Source: Macrostomum lignano (taxonomy: Eukaryota). Taken from it: DNA of 41,874 bases. The stretch spans positions 1-41,874 of the forward strand of contig NIVC01004564.1 of the NCBI GenBank assembly GCA_002269645.1, read 5' to 3'. Positions 32,282 through 41,874 of this stretch are shown here, piece after piece. How positions within the stretch are numbered: the first letter of the stretch is position 1; every line of letters begins with the position of its first letter. The notes beneath the pieces were generated by a model. It saw nothing but the letters and a program-made list of their open reading frames with translations, ran no database searches and was not told the origin of the DNA. The position numbers were made by a program, and so were the translations under genes.

Positions 32282-32890
32282 ATGGATGGCCTGGATGAAC
32301 AGGATTTGAAGCGAGCGGAGCTTGATTACTGCCTAAAAAATAGTCTGAACTTCGTAGACACACAGGCGCTTGCCGAAGCCAGGAAAGGTAACGGCGACGT
32401 CAGCGAAGCGGATAATGAAGAGGAAACACCGGATGAGTGGCTCGTGGACGTTCGCTATACAAGCCGGCTGCTCAAGAAGGCAAACGAAATGCGCATTAAA
32501 AAGCGCCTCTGCGACCTCACCATTGGCTTGAAAGACGGCAAGCTGGAGGCGCACAAAAGCATGCTGGCCGCCGGTTCACCTTTCTTCAAGCATTTGACGG
32601 AAACGACTCGCGCTTCTACGTTAAATTTCTTCCACGTGACCTGCAGCGTGGCGGACATCCTGTTCGACTTTATGTACACCGGTGAGGTCAGCATAGAGAA
32701 GGCGGAGAAGCTGGGCCGCTCGGAGCGACAAATGCTACGCGAGAAAGCCGAGCTGTTCGAAGTTGACCAGCAGCTTCAAGCGCTGTGGGATCGGCTTGGA
32801 GTCGCTACTAAGAATTCCGGCAAGCAGAGCCAGCAGGCAGAACGCCAAGAGGTGCCATTGGAGGATGCCAGTGAAATAGTAAAACGCAAG
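32282..32890 (+). CDS. BTB-BTB-BACK protein with possible jacalin-like C-terminus, exon 1 (first BTB)
   Basis: LCDLTIGLKDGKLEAHKSMLAAGSPFF..ILFDFMYTGEV is a BTB/POZ signature; donor AAG|GTGAGT at 32890/32891, phase 0. Confidence 0.88.
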
Positions 32891-32993
32891 GTGAGTTAGC
32901 AAGTGCTACTCGTATTCTTCTAGCACGAAACAAGGCTTGGAGCTGCTCCGGTAAAGTACAAAGTATTGTACATACTCTGCCACTTCCCCGCAG

Positions 32994-34517
32994 GTTCTCT
33001 ACATGAACGATCGTCGAAAACAGGGCGACTTCGCGGACTGGAAGATCCGCATCAGCGCCGTAGACATTCCTGTCAGCAAGGTTTTCCTGGCCGCTAGCAG
33101 CACCTATTTCGCCGACTTCTTTGCCAGAAATCCCATGGAGGCCAAGTCTGAAACTTACACTTTGACGGAGCTTAATCGTCGAACTTTTCGAAAGGTGCTC
33201 AACTTTATTTATACTGGTCACGTGATCACCACGGGACGAGACCTGGCCGAACTCAAGGACCTCCTGTTTCAGGCTAGCTACCTGGGCGTAGGCGATCTAT
33301 CTAGCCGACTTGTGGAGGAGTTCGAGTCGCGTCTTACCACCGAGAACTGCTTCGCAATGTTCTCTTATTCGAACAGCATAAACTGCCGTCAGTTATTTAA
33401 ATCGGTCTCGCACTTCATTGGTCGCATAGGTGCCAAGTGGTCTCACAACTCTGGCTTCCTGGGTCTTGAATTCAATGATCTGCGCGCTGCGCTGCTGAAC
33501 CCGGATCTGCGATTCGATGGCGACGACTCTGACTCTGATGAGGAATGCAGCTGCCTTCCCTGGCCAGTCGACTTTGAGTCGCGCACGCTTGACTTGCTCA
33601 TTGCTTGGATCCGCGTTGATCGCGTCCGACGATCAAGTCACGTGACTGAACTGTTCGACCTGGTTGACCGGCTGGGCAGGCTACCGTACACCGGCCGGAG
33701 AGAAGAGATGCACCAACGGCTGCCAGCAGAACTGAACAATGTGATGTCTGCGTACTACTTGAAGCTAATAAAAGAACAGCAAGGAAAAACTTGCCCAACC
33801 AAGCAACCATCGCCGCAGACCAAACAGTCGCCCATCCGAGCTCGTCGCTACCTGTTTCCCACCCAGCTGCTCATGTCCCGGGAGTTTCACCTAGCGGGTC
33901 CTCAGCTGCCGGGCTCTGCCCTGCTTCCGACAAAATTACAGTCCTCTCCGGATGAGGAAGAGCTCAGAGGCTGCTGGCAACTGTCGCCAACTGAATGGCG
34001 CTTGCAGTCGATTGAAATTCAAGCGTCCGATCAAGAGCTGACTTGGCTATCTGGCCTCAAACTGATCTATCAGCGGTACCCAATGCTCGCTAAGTCTGAA
34101 GATCCCCCAACCGAACTGCGCACCTTCTGCTGCGGTTACCGCGGCTCGTTCCAGCACAGTATCGAACTGGACGAGACGGAGAGAGTGGTTCAGCTTGGCC
34201 TTGGCAGCGCGACTGCTGGCAGCAGCGGCCGCAGAAGTTATATCAGCTGGTTGAAGACCTGCAAGGGTCGACGACTTCAAGTACCAGTGGCGGCGGCAGC
34301 GTCAGAGACGACGAGTGTCAGCAACAGCAACCAGAGCGCCGACGAGAACCCAACTACAGTTGTCAAATCACCGAAGAAAAGTCACGGCTTCTTGCACGGC
34401 TTTGGATTGCGCTTCAGCGAGGCTGGAGGCGGCGCCATGACCATTGTCTGGGCAGTCGAAACCGACGTTGACGGGCTGGGCGACTCTCCTTGGAGCTCTG
34501 TGGTCGAGAATGAATGA
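32994..34517 (+). CDS. Same gene, exon 2 (second BTB, BACK domain, jacalin-like beta region); spliced product ~710 aa
   Basis: Acceptor TTCCCCGCAG|GTT CTC TAC ATG is in frame with exon 1 across a 103-nt intron. ADWKIRISAVDIPVSKVFLAASSTYF..FRKVLNFIYTG is BTB; LTTENCFAMFSYS..FLGLEFNDLRAALLNPDL..LLIAWIRVDRVRR is BACK. Confidence 0.9.
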   Translation, partial: VLYMNDRRKQGDFADWKIRISAVDIPVSKVFLAASSTYFADFFARNPMEAKSETYTLTELNRRTFRKVLNFIYTGHVITTGRDLAELKDLLFQASYLGVGDLSSRLVEEFESRLTTENCFAMFSYSNSINCRQLFKSVSHFIGRIGAKWSHNSGFLGLEFNDLRAALLNPDLRFDGDDSDSDEECSCLPWPVDFESRTLDLLIAWIRVDRVRRSSHVTELFDLVDRLGRLPYTGRREEMHQRLPAELNNVMSAYYLKLIKEQQGKTCPTKQPSPQTKQSPIRARRYLFPTQLLMSREFHLAGPQLPGSALLPTKLQSSPDEEELRGCWQLSPTEWRLQSIEIQASDQELTWLSGLKLIYQRYPMLAKSEDPPTELRTFCCGYRGSFQHSIELDETERVVQLGLGSATAGSSGRRSYISWLKTCKGRRLQVPVAAAASETTSVSNSNQSADENPTTVVKSPKKSHGFLHGFGLRFSEAGGGAMTIVWAVETDVDGLGDSPWSSVVENE

Positions 34518-34896
34518 GTAGGCACTCATAACCACAACACTAGCTGTAGATCTACTAATTCTGGATTAGGACTGCTACAAAAGGTGAAGCAACGTCCAAC
34601 TAATCGTAGAAATTGTACTAAGCTAAAAGCACTCCTCGTCCAAATAATTTATAATATTTTTATAATTTTGTTTTTTTCAGCAAAACAATCCCATCGCTTT
34701 CTACTAACAGTAGCTAATATGTCTCGTAGAAATGAATATATGCTACGCTCGTAGGCACAAAAATCTTTAAACTCTTGAACCACATCCAAAGCAGGCGTCG
34801 AAACAGTGAGCAACTTTTAAAAATAGAACACTGTGCTACCCTACTTGAGGGTCTTTGTTTTTGCAATTATATTTTACTTCTGTCCTCGATCTAGTT

Positions 34897-35218
34897 CAGG
34901 GGTCGGCAAATGCGTTTCGCGAGTCACATGCGGCCCGCAAAGACTCTCTATCCGGTCATCGGGTCCTTCGAAACTTCACAATAGCAATCTAGCCCGCTTA
35001 AGGTTTGTGTCTCTTCTCAGCTCACTTTCTCTTCTCTCCTCTCTCCTTTCTCTCCTCTCTCCTTTCTCTCCTCTCTCCTTTCTCTCCTCTCTCCCTTCTC
35101 CTCCTCCTCCCCTCATCTCTCATTTTCTATTCCCTCCTCCTTTTCTCTCTCATCTGGCCCGCAGCCATGAGCTTGATTCTTAATCTGGCCCTTGAGGTAA
35201 AAAAGTTGTCGACCCCTG
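34897..35218 (+). mobile_element. hAT (Charlie/MER1-type) MITE with TIRs and 8-bp TSD
   Basis: 5' CAGGGGTCGGCAA ... TTGTCGACCCCTG 3' (13-bp TIR, 1 mismatch). Flanks ATCTAGTT (34889-34896) and CTCTAGTT (35219-35226) match 7/8 and resemble the NTCTAGAN Charlie target preference. Internal CT-rich tract. Confidence 0.85.
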
Positions 35219-37974
35219 CTCTAGTTCCACCGGTGGTAAGCCCTCCGCAAATGAAGGTAACAATTATTAACACGGCAGAGATTCTGGGTGTACGCTTGAA
35301 TGGCTCGCTATGTAGTAATATATCGAAAATTGGTATTTTAATTCCGTCTGCAGCTTTCACTGGTTAGAATGCTAAATAGCCCGTGTGGGTGGGCTCACCA
35401 GCTCATCATCCAGGCACTGAAGTATCAACTCGTGCAGTCAGGCAAACCGGAGTCTGGAATTCATGGAATTTAGGTTTTGAGACGAGAACTTTCGGGAGAA
35501 AAAATACCATCCATAAAAGATTCAGGGATCCTTATCTGCCTGCAGAAAAAAAATACATTAAAAGTACATTGAAAGCAAAGACATGCTGGGCTAATTGGAG
35601 CACAGAAAAAGCCCCTATATAGCAACTAACTAAATAGCATCAATCAATTTATGCTTGTGTGCGTTGCTCCCAGAGCCAGCTGCTGCGAAGGCTTGTAGGG
35701 CGATAGGAGTTACAAATTCATGAAGAGTCTGAGCCGCTGAGTCCGACGCCTTTAGCTGGCGTGCGAAACTTTGCTGTGACAGGAAACACACCAACCCCTG
35801 TGCTATGTGTGCCCACATAGAATATTTGCTAGCTAGAAAAAAAGTCAAAAGGCAAATGGCTCGCACAACCACTTCTAGCGAATCAATCAAATCCTGTCAT
35901 TCATTCTCGATGAGGCTGCAATACATGCAGGCGCAATTTAATGCACTGTAAGCCCCTGACTTGCATGGCGGAGAAAGAGATTACGCTTTAGAGTTCTCCG
36001 AAGTGCCTTGCTTAGAATGTAACATTTACTGGGTGTGTTGTAACAGTACGCGCTAGAATTACGAAATTGGGAATGTAGCTACCCTATATATAACAATCCT
36101 CTTCTCAACTGCACCGAGAAGAGGGCTTGCAGCCAAACAGCCAAACATTATTCAACGGATGTTCAATCAAGAAATGGTTGAATATCTCTACGATGGTGAA
36201 TGATCTTGACATGAAACTGTGAGGATGCGTCGTTTCGTACAGGCGTTATGCCAGTCGAGCAGTCGGCGAAGTCGAAGGGGTGGGGTGAAAGTATTGATAA
36301 TATTCGCAAGAGGACTGTGGCCCCCTGGCCCAACGCTGGCAATTCTGCCCATTCTGCCCGTTTACCGCTGAGCTGCCCTGCCTCATGAAGTCCGGCGGAA
36401 GAAATTCCACAAATTTCCATCCACTATGGTTTCATTTTAAAGCAGAAAAACAGCTTGGAATTGCTACAGCTAAAGCTGCATGGATTCTGTTCAATAATGG
36501 TACTCAACTATAGACTGTGTGTCACCTGCACACTGGTGTCACAGTGTTACAATGGATGCTTTTGCAGTTTACAGAGAGCACAATTTTATGATTTTATGAC
36601 AGAGCGACGACGGAGCTATGAATTAAAATACATGCCATTAGCCCTGTACAGTTAGGATGCAGACACGGAGCCAACACAAGACAGCCAGCCATTACGTCAA
36701 TTGCTCGCGTGCACTTTTAGCTTGTATCACTGAAGCGGCGCGCAATTTTGCTGATTTGCTTTGTTTGAAAAGGTTTTTTTAAAAATATACCTGTGTACAG
36801 TTTTGTTCTGGATTGAATGATATACCATTCTCAGTATAGATTTCTATCTACTGTTTTGACCCTCTCCTCTGTCTACCCCGTCCATCACTCATGTTTAAAG
36901 TGTCTTCCCAAGTAGAAAAGTGCAAATCAGCAGCGAATATTCTCGCACAGGGCACAGCTTGTAGATAGGGAGAAACTTCCAGCCGATCGCGAAGTTTTAC
37001 AGCGCAACGACCGTGTGCGGTGATCCAGGAAAGTCAATAAACAGTTGTGCATCAGGGCCGGACCAGCTTACATTCGGAAGAGAGGGTTGGTAACTTTGGA
37101 AGAGAATATGCAGTGCAGGAAAAGATGCACTAAAATTTATACATAGTCGAATGTACATACCATGCCGTGTTTGGTGCACGAATTAGTTTATAGTGCACAG
37201 TGAACGCATTGGTGCTGTTTTGGTTGCATTAGCTAGTTGGAATATAAAATAGCGATCCGATCTGAAACGTAAGACAAGGCAATATAGATGGAGAGAGAAA
37301 GAATTATAGCTGGAACTCGATTTTTCGAGTTCCAATTCGGCAGACTGTTGCCATTCAAGCAGCCGCATTGAGATGCTGGAGCAAGTCATGCGCGGAACGC
37401 GAGGACTTGGAGAGGGAGAGTATGGGATTCTGTGGGAGATAGTTCCCCAAGTCCATAGCCATCGGGTACCGCCGGATTCTCAAGGCTTAATTGGCAGCCC
37501 GCCAGACGAGACTGTGACGATCCAAGTCCCATGAGGGAAAAGTGCAACTGGGTGCAGACTGGGCGCAGTTCGGATTTTCTCATCGTTGTGGGAGTGACAG
37601 CGGCATGGCCATTTATTGATCCAACGGGATCAATGGCCAATCGATTGAGCAGCTTGGGGGGGGACGTCGGGTGCAGCTGTTTGCAGGCTGCCCTGAATCA
37701 GCAGAGCTCGTTAATTCGCCGGCTTTTTCCTTGCATGCAGTTGATCGAAAATTTCGAAAGTATGAAAAGTCAAAACATTTTTGCTAGTCAAACGCAAAAG
37801 TCCATTAAATTGAGCTAATTTTGAGGGCGGGTGGGTCATCTCCAACCGAGAAAGTAGTTAATGAGGATGTTAGGAAGGAAAAATACATTGATATAAAGGT
37901 GAAAGTTCAGAATTTTTATCAAGTAAAAGTGTTATAAATTACTTCGTAGTCTTTAGCTGAAAGTGTCTGTAGCA

Positions 37975-38266
37975 GCACTCCTTAATCACGGATGTTCCGA
38001 CAGCTCATGTGTAACCGACAGCTAAGCCACAGCTATTGCGCGGCGCATCTGAAGGCTGCGTACGGCTGTTCAGTCCAAGGACTGGGGGGTCGCCACACAC
38101 CCTCAATTACCCCAGCTAATGCTGGCACCCATTTTACAGCTGGGTGAACTGAAGCAGTGCAGAGTTAAGTGTCTTGCTCTAGGACACAAATTGTTCCGAG
38201 TGAGTCGAGAATCGAACCCCCGACCTTCAAATCGTGAGTCCGACGCTCTACGCACTTGGCTACATT
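37975..38266 (-). mobile_element. tRNA-derived CORE-type SINE (3' end approximate)
   Basis: The reverse complement reads GTAGCCAAGTGCG (A-box), GGGTTCGATTCTC (B-box), then TTGTGTCCTAGAGCAAGACACTTAACTCTGCACTGCTTCAGTTCACCCAGCTGTAAAATGGGT, which resembles the MIR/CORE consensus (..CTTGGGCAAGTCACTTAAC..CTCAGTTT..CTGTAAAATGGG, recalled). Confidence 0.8.
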
Positions 38267-39125
38267 CCTTGTGTGAAGATACATGAATATAAATTACATG
38301 AAAAACGGCGGCCACCTGTTGCCTCAATAAACTTTTGCATAATTTTCACGACGTATGAATAGAAAATCAATACAGATTTTGATTGCATCATCATCCAGCT
38401 ATTTCTCTAGCTATCTAACACACTTCACTCTCTGTCGGCAATGAAACCAGCATTACGCAATAGTTAGTTATCTTTTAAAAGTTGATGACGAGGCTTCTTC
38501 TCCGTCGCCAGCCAACTAGAAGGATGCTGATAGCGTTTTATCGCATGATAGGGTTTCGCAGCTTTCCCTGTCACGTCGGCCCTCTAGCTGTATGCAATCG
38601 TTATACTGTGAAGGACCGACCGCCCAGCCCTCACTTGGATCCTCATTAACGATAGCCGCGTGCAGTTCCGCCTGCCAGCTGGGCCCCGCCAGATAAAACC
38701 AGCAGCCCAAGGAATTACAGTGGAAGCCACAGACAGACAGGGCCTATAGGCGCAGGGGTCAAACTGGCAAATGGGGAATGGCGTCAAGCGTCTATTCCTC
38801 TTATATCTCCCTACCCACTCAGCGATATACGCAAACAAGCATCTATAGTAGGCAAGTTTGGTTGAACTAACATTTATCCTGCAGCCGCCGCGCACAATCA
38901 TTATGATATTGCCAACTGCCCTCCTAACGATGACTCATTCAATACCAAGATAGGAGGCAAATTTTGGAATAAGAATATAGAACTCTCTGACCATGTTGCT
39001 TTGCAGAAAAGAAATTACAAGTGGAGTTCAAAATTCAATGGCTTCTGTAATCGCTCCGACCCTTCAAATTAGTGAAGCTTAGGTAAGGGAGCGAAACAGC
39101 ATAGCAACTCGAGAGGGCTGAGAGT

Positions 39126-39239
<114 letters not shown>

Positions 39240-41144
39240 CACGCTCGACACTTGAGACACCTGGATGAAGGAGGAGGGACAGCAGCTTTATAAATATTTG
39301 CTTGAAAGCCCGCCTGATCTGTGCGCGAGTGTGTCTTGTTTGCGGGCCTGAGCCTGGGGGGGGGTTACCGAATAATAAGCTTCAAGCTGCCGCCTCCCAC
39401 CCCGATTGCGTCATCGGCAAACCGACCATAGACAGGCAGCAGTGGGCCTCATCGAGCCCCCCCCCCTCTCCAAGCGGGTGAGTCAGCGAGAACCGGGTCA
39501 GCAGTGTCTCTCTGGCTGCAGCGGCTGGGCCTCGAACAAAAGGTTTAAACTGGGCCCGCTCGGCGCTCTAGAAAATTCAATTTCCTGCCTCGCGCTGTTT
39601 TCTTTGGAAGCTGCTGTCTCCGCTGCTTCTGCAGCTCATCTCAAAGCGCTCTTTTTCCTAATGGCAGGTGGCGGAAAATTGGCAATAATAATAAGAAGAA
39701 GAATAATTCTGACCTGTCACGAAAGCGAATCAACTGGAATTCATTCGCCAAAATTGCGTGCTGCGCTTATTTTGGTTCGCTGGGATTTTCTTCGAAATAA
39801 TAACATTTTGAGGCCAGGAGCTTGAAACTGCAACCTCGAGTTGCTATGTATCAGAGAAATGAAACCTTCCTGCATTAGCTACAGTCTTTTTTAATAAGGC
39901 TGAGAAGCAACATACAATTAAAATTCTATGACAGTCGCTAGAAGGTACACTTAAAGAAGCTTTCTGGCTGTCATGAGGACACCCGCACTCGAACCAGTAT
40001 TTGGCCTCCTTTAGAAGAGGGCAGCTACATGGCCAAATGCAATTAGTTTCCAGCCTGACTAAGGCCTTGAACTCAAAATCGTATCTCTTCCCAGACTGGG
40101 GTATGGAGGATCCTTATAAACCCGATAGAGAGACAACTGCGAGTCAGCTATTCTACAAGTTAGTACAAGATCTACTCACATAATTTGTAGCAGCACTAAC
40201 AATACGCTCGTACTAATTGGGCTTGTTGCGGCGATTCACGCTCATGAGGGCAAGCGTTCACGGGTTCAGAGAGTGTGAATGTACATACCTGACGATTAGA
40301 AAGTCGTCATCATCACCCTGAGTGATTGCTCCTCATGGGCCAGCAGAATGGCACCTGGGTGGGCTTCGGTTTTACTGTTGTCTTGACTCTTGCTGCAGTG
40401 CACAACCCCCCCCCCCCCTCCCTCGTTGCGAACCAAGAGGCACCATTGTTAAAAAGAAATTATTCATTCGGTATGTTCAAAAAAGCAGCACTACAAGCAA
40501 TGGGGCCGCACACGCAGTAAATTGCAGCGTTGCAAGTCGCCCACGAAGTTTTGCTTTTTGGATCCAGAAAGTAGCTTCTGCTTCTGCTTGAGTGATGCCT
40601 ATAGCAACCAGCCACCCAGCTAGCTACTGGTAACGGATGCCGCGGCAAAAACACGAACAAGTTTGATACAAGCCAAATGCAAGCAAGGCTGTGGCTCGGC
40701 CTGACGCGCACTGCATAGCCGGTCATTGGCTTTTTTATCGCTAAGCTCTGGGAAAGATTGGAGGTTAGAAAAACATTGCTAGCTTTAGTGCTTGCATGTG
40801 TAGTGCGGGTGCATGTAACGCATGTAGTAAAAGGAACCGATGCAGCTGCTAAGCATAATTTTGCTATTCCCACGAGCTTCTAGGTTCGTTAAGTGGATTT
40901 CGAAACTTGGCGCTAAGGTCCTTCATTCTGCGAGTCAGTGGGTCCAGACCGTCCTGCTCTGAAACTCAGAGACTTGGTCCTGGCCCAGCCCTCGAAGCGA
41001 TCTGTTGCGTCGTAGGCGACTTCTCGTCTTGAGTCCAATCTTACAATCTTTAAAAATCGTATTTTTGTTTTTGTTTTGGTCCCTAGGACTTGCAAAAATC
41101 TTTAAAAACCTAGATCTCTATCAGATTTTTACAAAACTTTATTT

Positions 41145-41562
41145 CAGGAGCCGTCGTCAAACTATTTTTAATCTAAAGGACAAGATAGAGAATCTTGTCG
41201 TGACTGCGGACCAGAGGAGGGGAAGAGGAGAGGGTCAAAGAGAATAGAGAAGAAATAAAAGAGATAGGAGAAGGGAGAGAAGCGAGAAGCGAGAAGCAAG
41301 AAGAGAGAAGAGAGAAGAGAGAGAGAGGAGAAAAGAGGAGAGGAGAGGAGACGAGGAGAGAATGGAGAGGAGAGGGGACGGAGATGGGAGAAAAAGAGGA
41401 GAGAAAATAGAAAAAATAAATGAGCTGAGAAATGAGAATTGGAGATTAACTCTAAGATAAGAGAGTTGAGAAGCGACACAAACCTTGAGCGGGCCAGAAT
41501 CGCTATTGTGAAGTTTCAAAGAACCCGAGGGCCGGATAGAGAGGCTTTGCGGACCGGATCTG
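41145..41562 (-). mobile_element. Decayed inverted copy of the hAT MITE at 34897-35218, with an enlarged GA-rich core and one TIR lost
   Basis: The reverse complement of 41470-41555 matches 34935-35020 (CCGCAAAG.CTCTCTATCCGG..GAAACTTCACAATAGC..GCCCGCT.AAGGTTTGTGTC). 41145-41215 aligns with the other terminus. Confidence 0.75.
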
Positions 41563-41874
41563 CTCTATTCAATTGATTGTATCTACGAGTATCAAACACA
41601 AAATCAAATATCAAGCGTTACTGCAGTTAAAAACTTCGAAACATGAGGCATGAGATGTTTATTGTCGCTTAGGACGCGAAACTGTTACAGCAAGTTCAGT
41701 AAGTGTCGTATTTGCTTGATAATTCCATGCAACTAAACTGCACTCTTATAAAAAAACAGAATTCATGCAACAGATATTTACAAACAAAAAACAGAAAAAA
41801 CAGTTGCACAGGGTTCAATTTTGCGTAGTCTTATTGATTTTATGATAGGATCGAAAGTGTGTACGGGACGAAAC

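Overview
This is eukaryotic, spliced, animal-type DNA, not prokaryotic. GC-rich, CAG/GCA-rich exons are separated by AT-rich spacers packed with unrelated minisatellites; this style suggests the flatworm Macrostomum lignano or a relative (inference only). On the minus strand, reading from 28.8 kb down to 2.2 kb, is a head-to-tail run of genes: a KIAA0753/Moonraker-like centriolar protein (one exon), a plant-type (class II) PRPP synthetase (3 exons seen, 5' end unresolved), a complete 8-exon WASHC5/strumpellin (~1171 aa), a COA7-like Sel1-repeat protein (2 exons, exon 2 frame problem) and a small acidic ORF. On the plus strand are a two-exon BTB-BTB-BACK protein with a possible jacalin-like C-terminus (32.3-34.5 kb) and a frameshift-broken Gln-rich ORF at the left edge. 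Mobile elements: two near-identical tRNA-derived SINEs in inverted orientation around WASHC5 exons 4-5 plus a diverged third copy, a CORE-type SINE, a hAT/Charlie-type MITE with TIRs and an 8-bp TSD plus a decayed inverted copy, and a Mutator/foldback-like element (10-bp TSD) whose subterminal 16-mer has expanded into a minisatellite. Most long ORFs in the supplied track are artefacts of the tandem repeats. The best leads are the class II PRS in an animal context, the operon-like cluster with YAG-NNN-ATG starts, the BTB-BTB-BACK-jacalin architecture, the inverted SINE pair around a frame-symmetric exon pair, and the transposon origin of a minisatellite. All homology calls come from recalled sequence motifs; no database search was run.
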